Assembly: GCA_000004985.1 (NCBI GenBank) | Contig: GG738918.1 | Direction: 5' to 3' (one strand) | DNA: 64,000 nt | DNA from: Naegleria gruberi | Taxonomy: Eukaryota | Shown: positions 23,539 through 33,632 of the stretch, piece after piece | How positions within the stretch are numbered: the stretch's first letter is position 1 | How the letters are laid out: every line of letters begins with the position of its first letter | Notes under the pieces: model-generated | Databases searched by the model: none | What the model saw: only the letters and a program-made list of their open reading frames with translations | Told to the model about the DNA's origin: nothing | Program-made: the position numbers and the translations under genes

Positions 23539-26500
23539 TTATTTTTTAGATTTCTTTGAAGAGGATTTTTTGAGGTTTCGTTTTCTTTTCTTGTTATCAG
23601 AAACAGCAGCAATTTCTTCAATTCCAGTCTCTTGTTCATTATCACTGTCAAAATTTTCACCTCTCTTTGCATCGTTGTAGTCGTTTAAAGATGGAGCATT
23701 TGAATTTGATGAGAAGGCAAAAGAGAATAATTGGAAACTACCAACACCATGCAAGAGCATTTGAGTTTTCAAGAAAGTATCTGCATATCTGTATCCCTTT
23801 TCGGCAACTTGTTTCCAATAAGATTCAGTCTTGTTTTTTGAAGTGAATTTCTTTAAAAACTTCTTTCTTTCGGTGTCAACAGGTTTCTTCCAAAACTCTT
23901 CATCACTAATTGAATGAATTCCCTTCATTGCTCTAATATAATAAATGTAGACTGAAGATTTGGAGTTAGAAAGAATGTGTGTTGGTTTGCTTAGACCATA
24001 AACTTTGTTTCTTGTGGTAGGATTAATTTGATAATCGTACAAGGAAACTCTACCAACATGTTGAGCTCTGTCAAACAGTTTCACAACGTCATCAACAATT
24101 TTAAGTCCTGCAATTGTAGCATATTCAATAAAGGTATTTGGATTTTTTGCAACTTTAGCCAATGCTATTTCTCTAGAGTCATTATTCTTAATGCTGGCAA
24201 TATATTCTGTGACAGTTTCCAATAGTTTTTCTTTCATTTCATCAGTCAGTTTTTCATATTTTTCATTTTTGTCAATCTTTTTCATCAAACTGGTCAGTGA
24301 ATAGGACAAGTTTTCTACCGTAAGGATACTATTTAACTTGTCGACAACCTCATTAATTTGTTTTGGAGCAAATAATTCTTCATACAATGTATCTTCTAAT
24401 TGTAAACAAGCTCTTGTCATGGCATATTTATGAGGAGTTGTAATCTTTTGATCGTGTAAATATTCATAGAAAAGTCTAATATCATCATGCATAATAATGG
24501 CAGTTTCCATTTGAAAATGTTCACAAGTTAAGAATACACAAGTTTCAGCTCTGGCATATCCTAATTTTACATTTTCATCCAGAATTAAAAAATTATAGTT
24601 GGATTCAAAATTTGATTCCTTCAATATCTTCTTGTATCTTTCAACATAGCGACGCTCAGTTACAATGAAAAATAGATATTGTTGTTTCTCTAATTCAGTA
24701 AGAGGCGTAATCATTAGATTTGGTTTCCAATCTTCAGAATAAGAGATAGATAGCTTTTTTGATTCCCAATCAAAGGAAATGACAGCCTCATTACTATTTG
24801 AATCACTCATATCCAACTTTTCCAATATCAGATCGCTCTTTTTCAACTTTGGAAGGGAGAATTTACTAACCGGGTCTATGGGAACGACATACTCTTTAGT
24901 TTTTAAATCTGAGACCTGACGGCTCTCAGTAATAGGAAATTTCAAACCAGAGGTTGGAGAGAGTTGAGGATTTTGTAATTTTGATTTCAAGGTAATGTCA
25001 AGAGTGCTTGATTGAGGTTTCTTTTTCTTGTAAATTTCAAGAAGATCCTTAATCTTGTCCTTTTCTGATGATTTCAAACTTTGAATTTTTTCAGTATCTC
25101 TCAAAAATTCTGAAAGCTTGTCAGCGTAATCACAAATATAATTGTAAATTTCTAAGATCAAATCGTTTTCAATTTCTTCTTCTGTTTCAGGGTTCAGCGC
25201 ATTAACTAAACTTTTTACAAATTCTTCTTCCAACTCGGCTTCAATAGCAGGTAGCTTTAATTTCAGAAATGAATTCAAGTCACTTGCCAACTCATTAGCA
25301 TTCCCCTTCATTGTTTCTATTATTGCAAGAAAGTTTTTATGGAAATCTTCATATATTTCTTTCCATTCTTTTTTCTTTTCTTCTTTTTGAAATCTTGATT
25401 TTTTGCCTTTTTCTAACATTTCTTCCATGTCTGTCATATTAAAACATTCATCAATTCCCTTTTTGAAAAAATTGTACAAATTGGTGATGAATTGAATGGC
25501 TGAAAAAGCTTCATTGCCATCCATAAGAACCTCATAGGTTGGTGAAACAGTTTTTGTTTGCTCTATTTTAGCATTCAATTTTTCTAAAATGTTAGTTTTA
25601 AGGCTTGTCAATTTTTTTTTAAGATCAACTGAAGCTTCTTTCTCTTTAGTTGTCTTGCAGAGAATATTTGAAAGAATAATAATTGCAATGTCTCTTAATC
25701 TACCACAATTATTTTCAATAATTTTGAATCTTGCTTGTTCTATTTGAGTAGAAAACTGCTTTTTGAATATTTCCGATTTGTGGTTTTTAGGTGGAAATGC
25801 AAGAACTGAAACATTGGTGCTCAAGTCTGTTACAAACTCAATCTTGTTTTCCATAAAATTGGTTTCCTCATTCTTGCAATTATCTAACTTTTTTGCTCCT
25901 TCAATGTAAATATCGAAAAAGTTTGCTATTTGATCTCTAAAGTTGGATTTCAAGGTCTCATGATCATTTGTCAAGTCAGTACGCTCATATTCCTTAGCAT
26001 CCCCTTGCTCCTTGTCATTTACACCTATCATAATAGATGGAGCGAAAGCTTGTTTTGGTGAATAGATGCCATATTCCCAATATTTCTTAACAAGACCATC
26101 ATCAAAAATACTTCTGAAATTCTCAATTCCTGAAACAAGAATGCAAGTATCTTCCATACTTTCCTTAATGTACTGCTTATACAAATCTGATTGGGAATGT
26201 TCATCATAACCTGGCATATCTCTTACTATAATGTTGTTTGCCAATAGATATGGCTTGGAATATACAAAATCAACTTTTTAACTGTCAAACAATCAAATTC
26301 TCCCTTAGTCTTTTCGAAAAGTGCAATCCTTTGAAGAGCGCGCTTGCAAATTTCATCTTCACTCACAAGAGTATTATCTTTATCAATAGTTACAGTTTCT
26401 CTCTTGAAATCATAATCTTTTGCTTCATAATTTTTAACATTGCTCTTATTGAAAAGCTTTGCTCTCAACAAGTACTCATCCTGAGTACACATTACCTTGG

Positions 26501-26936
26501 TTAGGTTATAGTGCTCTCCGTACTTTACATCAATCACAGTGGTAGTGAGTCCTTTGCCACTACATCTACCAGAAGGAAGAGGGCTGTCGTATCTACATTC
26601 AAATCCACTAATCACATTATTGATCATGAAGGATTTGCCATAACCAGGCTTGGCAAAGAACGAAATTACAACCTTTCCCTTGATATTCTCGATTACTTTC
26701 CGCATTGCTTTGATGAAATTAGCACAATGCTTCATAACAACACCACTACTGCGATTATTATTGGTCGTAGTTTCAAAAAATTGTTCAACTTGTTCAAACA
26801 AATTAATCTCTGCTCTGATTTGATCATCTTGTCCTTTGAGAATTTTTTCTAGAGTTACCAACTCGCTCCTTCTCCTCTTAATGGTTGAGAGAGAGGCGCT
26901 TGGAAGGGTGGCTAGTAAGGAAGAAGATGAAGACAT
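23539..26936 (-). CDS. large P-loop GTPase, GBP/atlastin-like G domain + ~850 aa coiled-coil region + Lys-rich tail; complement(join(23539..26221,26266..26936))
   Basis: The N-terminal exon carries the G1 motif FAKPGYGKSFMINNVISG (GxxxxGKS-F/Y-L/M-xN as in GBP/atlastin). A 44-nt intron (gtatat…taag) connects the 249-aa and 901-aa ORFs in frame. The downstream region is K/E-rich and helical and ends KKRKRNLKKSSSKKSKK. The true start is probably MSSSSSLL at 26936 after an A9 run. Confidence 0.45.
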
Positions 26937-27492
26937 GGCGCAGTTTTTTTTTATCTGGAATCCCCACATCATCACACATTAATCATTAACATTTAATTGT
27001 GTGGTGATAGAGAATTATATTAACAAGCTGAATACGATTTGATAGGAAAGCAAATTTATTAATAATATGATTGAGTTAGGATTCGGAAATGGAGTGTAAT
27101 TTCCTTAATGGAATTTCAAATAAGGGTTCGAAAAGGTGTTGCTTAATTACGTAAAAAATTCCATACATTCAATGTCAAGACGAAATAATGGATAAGGTAC
27201 AGTACATCTACAATAACTACCAAAAAAAGTTATTAATGGTTATGGCATGGATTATGAGTGGTGACCATGAATATTCCAAAGTGAATGATAATGAAACTGA
27301 TAAAAATACCTAATTATATTCCAAAAATTATAAGTATTATTTAAATCATGATGATGTGGTTAAATTCTCGGAGTTAATAGGTGTGAAATTACACCAAGAA
27401 TCAATAGAGTGGTGATGGGAAAGCTCTCAAAATAAAAAAAAATATGAAAACAATTTGTGCTCATCTCACCACGATCGGAAAGCAAATTAATA

Positions 27493-30400
27493 ATGAATAA
27501 TAATAATATGGGACATACAGCCTTTGAGTATTTCCAATTATTGGATGGATTGGGAAAGGTTGAGTCATTATGTACCTATTTAAATACCCTCTTTGTGGCA
27601 ACAAATGATTGTTCTTTATCACGTTATATTATAATGTACTCTAGTGATAAAAAGAAGTTTTCTTGTTCATTGTACAATCAAAAGAAACAATTTACCAAGA
27701 AACCCGTAACTCAAATGTGTTCGGTATCTGAATTGGGAATGTTAATTTGTTTAACTGATGGGTGCATTAAATTATTTACATTGAGTATGATGAGAGAAAT
27801 TGATACAATCAAAAATTCACAGGTTTGTATAATTGTTGTGAAATGATTGATTGAATTTTAAAGAATTCGAAAAGCTTTGCTCTTAAAAAACACAATGGAG
27901 AATTTACAATGGCAGTTGCTTCCAAGAAAACTATCTCAATTTTAAAGTATGATAGCAAAGAATCAACATTTAAATTTATACAAGAAGTGGTACTTTCAGA
28001 TGAAGTGAAATCCTTGAATTGGAGCCGAGAAAAACTTTGTGTTGGTCTCAAAAAGGAATATTCATTAATTGATTTACAAAAGCTTCCCATAGGTCATCAA
28101 AAGGTAATGGATTATGTGAATCGAGTTCAACAAAATACTTTTGGATTGTCACTTCCAAATGAAACCGTTCTCTCTGTGAATAAGATAGGGGTATTTATCG
28201 ACTCTTCTGGTTCAAAATGTAGATACATTACTTGGAGTGAGGTTCCAAACATGGTGGCTTATTTAAATCCATTTCTCATTGCAGTATTATCAGCAGGACT
28301 TGAAGTTAGAATTTTACATGATCAACTTACAAGTGAGACTCTGGTCCAGAATATTCCACTCAAGGATGAAATCATTGCAATGAGCCAGCAAAATTTCATA
28401 GATTTTGACAATCCACAAAACATTGACAGAGGTATGGGGGTTGGATCTACTTCTAGGGATAAGATTGATAGGGATGATGAAATAGATCCATCAAATAGAT
28501 GCTTCCTTGCATCTAAGGATGCCATTTATGTAATAGTCATGAAGCAATTTGATTACCAAGCTGGAGAACTCTTACATAATCAACAATTCGAAAGGACTCT
28601 TCAAATCTGTGAAGCAGTTGAAAATAGCATCTACAAGTTGGAGAGTTGGAGAATTGAAGCTATTCACACAGAGTATGGTTTCTACCTTGTCACTAATGGT
28701 GATTTTGGAAAAGCTATGGTCCACTTCTCCAAGGGCAATGTTGATCCACGTATGATTATCTCTCTATTTCCTGATTTAATTCCAAGATCTATCGTGTATC
28801 GGGATTCATTTTTCCTACCTTACACACCAGAAGAGAAGCAAAAGATTGAGCTCTTCCTTGCAGATACTGAACAACGAAAAACTGGCCTTCAGGCTCTCGT
28901 TCAATATTTACTTAATATAAGAAAAGATTTGGACAAGTACTTTATTGAGACAGTAGATACATCACTCTTAAAGGCACTTGTTTTAACAAATGATCCTCGC
29001 ACAGAGGAATTCATTTCTCAACCAAATCATTGTAATATTTCAGAGAGTTTAAGCTTTATTCTATGTGATGACCAAAACTTTAGAGAGTTGGTTCTTTTCT
29101 GCAAGACTAAAGACTTACATGCAAAGGAACAGCAATTACTGAAATTATTGGAGGAAAAGGAATTTCTTCTTTCAATTTTGAAGAAAAATGGCTTGTCCCT
29201 TGAATACGCACCTATTTGCTACAGAAATGATAGAAAGATTGTTTTGGAAGCTTTCAAACAAAATGAAAAAGCACTTAAATATGCATCCCAAGAATTAAAG
29301 GGTGATAAGATACTCAAATTACACACTTCCATTGTACATGTTGTAGATTTTGTTTACTTGGAAGAAGAAGGGCTCTATAATTTGTTATCCAAGACAATAG
29401 ATTCGAATATTATCGGCTTTAATGATGATGAATCTGATAATGCATCTGAATTGCCTCCTTCAGAGTGTTCTTTAGAGTTTGTACAGACTTGTATTGTTAT
29501 TTGGATTTTAAAGCTTATAGGTGAGAACTACTTGCAGGTAGAAGCAAACATTACGGAAACAATTGACTATTTCCTATTTTGTATGAACTTGGAAACCTTG
29601 TTAAAAGATCGTATCCAAAAGATCACCAAAAGAAGCAAACTAGTTGAAACAATTAATGATATTTCAAACGAATTTTCGTTTCACGCTTACTCAGAGCACG
29701 AGTATAGCTCAATAATTTATTTGCTTTACAAAACGAACGGGAAAGATATCAAATCAATTTTATCAGAATATAGAAATACCACAGGAACTACCCATAGAGT
29801 GCTTACAGCAGCTATTATTTTTAGAGAAAACTCTTCCTTCAAGCGCTATCATTTATTGTCCACGTTGGGTTATGGAGCTGAGGGGGTTGTTTTCAAAGCT
29901 TTCGATTTGGAGCTTAAAGAAACTTTTGCCATCAAAATCAAATTTGAATCAGAATATGATTTAGATCACACAAAAAAGAGAATTGAGTTTTTAAAGCAAG
30001 ATATTGAAGGTAAAATCAAATGTTTTGATTGTGGAATTATAGAGTTTGGACATTTAAAGACAAAGCATTTGTATACTATAATGGAAATGGGAGATGAATC
30101 GCTTAGGAAAATAATAGGAAAGAATAATATTAATCAAAAAACAATGGAAAAGAGTCACTTAATTGAAATACTTGAGATATTTTCCAAGATTTTATATTCA
30201 GTTCAAACAATACACAATCACAACATTGCTCATAGAGATTTGGATCCAAATAATATTGTTAAAGTGAATGACACATTTAAAATTATTGATTTTGATCAAT
30301 CTAGAGTTGTGGAACTAGGAAAATCAATAACAATCAATGTTGGAAAGTATTCATATATGGCTCCAGAAGTTTCAGATAACACCTACGAAGAAGAGAACCG

Positions 30401-31001
30401 TCAAGATTTAACATACGACTCAAAACTGATTCAAAATAGAGAGGTATCCACATCGTGTGATATTTTCTCTATGGGCTGTATTTTTTTGGAATTACTAACT
30501 AATTGTCCATTAAGATTGGACAAAGGATTCATCAATGGAACAGACCTCTCACTCTTCAATGAAAAGCATAGATATTTTACCTATGATGGATTGTATTTTC
30601 ACTCAGCAGTAGTTACATTGGAGGGAGAATTGAAACTCCATCATGCCATAAAATTGTGGATAGACAACCATATTAACAATCAATTCGGAGTCAATGAGAT
30701 AATAACAAGGTGTCTCATTTCAATGATACAGAGAAACGCCAAAAAGAGATTGGACTGTTTCACCTATAAGTTAATCATTGATTCTGTGATCAATTATTTA
30801 AAAGGTGAAATTACAGACCTGAGCATGGCTATTGAGAATGAAATGAAAGAATTGCGTGAAGTGAGACCCTTGTTGAACTATTCTGAAATGATCCAAGAAA
30901 ATTTCAATTTACAAAAAGATGTGGACATGCTGAGAAAAGAAAATGAAAAACTCAAGTTGGAGTTGGAAGAATTGAGAAGAGAAAATAAGAAATTACATTA
31001 A
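27493..31001 (+). CDS. Vps39/Vam6-like CNH-domain protein fused to a C-terminal protein kinase domain with a terminal coiled coil; join(27493..27822,27864..31001)
   Basis: The ATG at 27493 encodes MNNNNMGHTAFEY. The CNH-type N-terminus is AFEYFQLLDGLGKVESL…LFVATNDCSL…LGMLICLTDGCIKLFTL. A 41-nt intron (gtttgt…ttaaag) joins in frame. Kinase motifs are GYGAEGVVFKA, AIKIK, HRDLDPNNIV, DFDQSR (DFG→DFD) and YMAPE. The C-terminal EMKELREV…LRKENEKLKLELEELRRENKKL is a coiled coil. Confidence 0.65.
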
Positions 31002-31196
31002 ATATCTAATTGATTACTGCATCGTGTAGGAATTAATACACTACATTTTTCTTTTCAGAAACGTGATCGCGATTTTCAAAGTTTACAATGCAATATTCAC
31101 CTTTCAAAATAATCACGTTTCGAATAATAACAATTCTCATTAGACAGACCTTTCAATCTTTCTAATAATTTACGTAAAATACAAAAAAATTCAAAC

Positions 31197-33575
31197 ATGT
31201 CTCTCCATAATAATTTGACAAGATGTCTTGTCATTTTCTGCTTGATCTTGAACCTTACTCAAGCGAATTTTCTGCTCGCATTCGAAGGTTCTGTTGGGAC
31301 AGGCACATGTGGCTTCAAAGATGGTGTTCCAAAGGACCAAGCACTCATTGGAAAGGCAACTTCATTATTCGAATCTCTAGTTGGTGACCTGTACTTTTAC
31401 GATACCTCAAACTTTCGTATAATGAAAGTTTCACAACAAGACAATCTTGTTTCCTCCATCATTGGCAATGGAAAGCTTGGTTATACAGAAGATCATTGTC
31501 AAGCAGATAAATGTGGTCTCACATTCGTGGATGGAATCTCACTAGTTTCAGATAAAATCTTTTATTTTGATAGAATTATAACACCAACGAGTAGTACAAG
31601 AATTCTGAGAGTGGTTGGATCTTCTGGTGTAGTGAATACTATTTGGCAAGTTGACTATTGGTTTCCAACAATGAATGACAATGAAAAGAGGACGTTTGTA
31701 GTGAGTGATGATGGAAAGTATTTATTCTTTAATCATGATAAGTTTATTTGGAAGATTAATTTGGCAAGTATGAAGATGGAGCTGTTTTATACTGAGCCTT
31801 TATCTAACAAGATTACAACGTTTACAATTTCAAGTAGTGGATTGATTTATTCAACTTTCAAAAATCAGTTTAGTTTCTTATATAGAAGTTTCAATATGGA
31901 TCCATCATCTGCCATTCTACTTACGAGTACATCTAACAACAATGATGCCTATCAAATCAACAAGGATTTGGGATTTGTTTCTCTTCCCAAATCAATTTAT
32001 TGCTCTAACTGTATATTTAGTTCAATTCAAACTTATGGAAATACTTTCAATTTCACGTTTAGTTTGAATTTTCAAGCTGTATACGCAGGAATAGCAGATC
32101 AATATCTAGTCCTATTGAGAAACAAATATTCCAATAATAGAATTGAATTCTCCAATCTTGATAATGGTTTCTTTTTCATTATTGATGATTGTAAGATTAC
32201 AAAATCAGATTACACTTCCCTTAATCAAGGTTGCACTGCCAGTTGCTCCAATCAAGGAACCTGTGTTGGACAAATTTGCAGTTGCAATGATGGATGGTTG
32301 GGTGATTCAATTTGTTCCAAATTTACATGTGAAAAAGTTGATGGTTGTGGCTTGAATGGACATTGCATTGGACCTAATCAGTGCGAATGTAAGAAGGGAT
32401 GGTCTGGTCCTAGTTGCAACGATTTTGATTGTTCGATGGCTAAGAATTGCAGTGGTCATGGCAAGTGTATTGGTTCAAATTATTGTGAATGTCAATCGGG
32501 ATGGCAAGGTTCTGACGATTGCTCTCAATTTTCATGTGAAAAGATTACGTGTCAGAATAATGGACAATGTAATGGTCCTAATCAATGTGAATGTCCATCT
32601 GGTTACAAGGGATCTCCTGATTGCTCAACAGTTTCTTGTGAACTAGTTGGAAATTGCAATTCACATGGATCTTGTGTCGCTCCAAATACTTGTAAATGTA
32701 AGGAGGGATGGAGTGGTAATGACTGCTCTCAATTTACATGTTCTCCATCGTGTCAGAATGGAGGAGTGTGTACAGCTCCTAATCAATGTAATTGTCCATC
32801 TGGATATAGAGGTAGTTTAGATTGTTCGAAACCTTCTTGTGAAGATCAGGGAAATTGTTATCTGAACGGAGAATGTGTTGGTCCAAATACTTGTAAATGT
32901 AATGTTGGTTGGCTTGGATCTAATTGTAAAGATCCAGATTGTCAATTATCATGCAATAATAGAGGAAAATGTTCGAAACCATACGAATGTGAATGTGAAG
33001 ACGGATGGAAAGGAATCAATTGTGAAGTATTTAGCTGTGAAAAACTCAATAATTGTAATAGTGCTAATCACCATGGCTCATGTATTGGTCCAAATATTTG
33101 TAAATGTAACGAAGGATGGAAAGGATTTCAATGTGATATTCCAACTTGTGAATTGGTTAGAAATTGTTCGAATGTTGGCAGTTGTGTATCTGCCAATACG
33201 TGCTCCTGTCCTTCAAAAAAGTATGGATCTAGCTGTCAATTCGATTTCGATTGTTTTGGTTTGGCACCTGACAATCCAAGTGTTTGTGAAAGTAGAGGAA
33301 CATGTGTAGGTCCAAATAATTGCAATTTTGGAGGTATTATTGCTTTCGTTGTAATATTCGTGATTCTTTTGGTAATTGTCTTTGTAGGAATTGTTAGCTT
33401 TATTCTGTTAGTTCTTTATAGAAAGCGAAAAAGAGAACAAAAGGAAGAAGAAAAACTCTTACAAAAGGCAATTTTAGCTGGAACTATTATAGCAGCAGCT
33501 GAACAACTGGCATCAAACAATAATGACCCAATAGATATTGAAAATAGAAACAACAGAGAAGGCGAAGGTGTTTAA
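31197..33575 (+). CDS. type I membrane protein: signal peptide + ~330-aa N-terminal beta-repeat region + ~14 tenascin-type EGF-like repeats + TM + short cytoplasmic tail
   Basis: ATG at 31197. Repeats of the form C-x-C-x2-GW-x-G-x2-C occur about every 31 aa (CECKKGWSGPSC, CKCKEGWSGNDC and so on). The TM helix is IIAFVVIFVILLVIVFVGIVSFILLVL, followed by the stop-transfer YRKRKREQKEEEK. Confidence 0.7.
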   Translation: MSLHNNLTRCLVIFCLILNLTQANFLLAFEGSVGTGTCGFKDGVPKDQALIGKATSLFESLVGDLYFYDTSNFRIMKVSQQDNLVSSIIGNGKLGYTEDHCQADKCGLTFVDGISLVSDKIFYFDRIITPTSSTRILRVVGSSGVVNTIWQVDYWFPTMNDNEKRTFVVSDDGKYLFFNHDKFIWKINLASMKMELFYTEPLSNKITTFTISSSGLIYSTFKNQFSFLYRSFNMDPSSAILLTSTSNNNDAYQINKDLGFVSLPKSIYCSNCIFSSIQTYGNTFNFTFSLNFQAVYAGIADQYLVLLRNKYSNNRIEFSNLDNGFFFIIDDCKITKSDYTSLNQGCTASCSNQGTCVGQICSCNDGWLGDSICSKFTCEKVDGCGLNGHCIGPNQCECKKGWSGPSCNDFDCSMAKNCSGHGKCIGSNYCECQSGWQGSDDCSQFSCEKITCQNNGQCNGPNQCECPSGYKGSPDCSTVSCELVGNCNSHGSCVAPNTCKCKEGWSGNDCSQFTCSPSCQNGGVCTAPNQCNCPSGYRGSLDCSKPSCEDQGNCYLNGECVGPNTCKCNVGWLGSNCKDPDCQLSCNNRGKCSKPYECECEDGWKGINCEVFSCEKLNNCNSANHHGSCIGPNICKCNEGWKGFQCDIPTCELVRNCSNVGSCVSANTCSCPSKKYGSSCQFDFDCFGLAPDNPSVCESRGTCVGPNNCNFGGIIAFVVIFVILLVIVFVGIVSFILLVLYRKRKREQKEEEKLLQKAILAGTIIAAAEQLASNNNDPIDIENRNNREGEGV

Positions 33576-33632
33576 ATCTCTTCATTCGAAACCATTATCT
33601 TGTAAAATATTAAACATATCCAAACTTATGAA

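Noticed and set aside
32143-33309. Alternative-frame + strand ORFs (70-144 aa) inside the EGF-repeat gene, and similar antisense or alt-frame ORFs inside 17076..22046, 44590..49980 and 5640..8078
   Set aside because: They lie fully within long, well-supported CDSs, have Val/Leu/Ile-rich nonsense composition or arise in low-complexity codon repeats, and lack start context.
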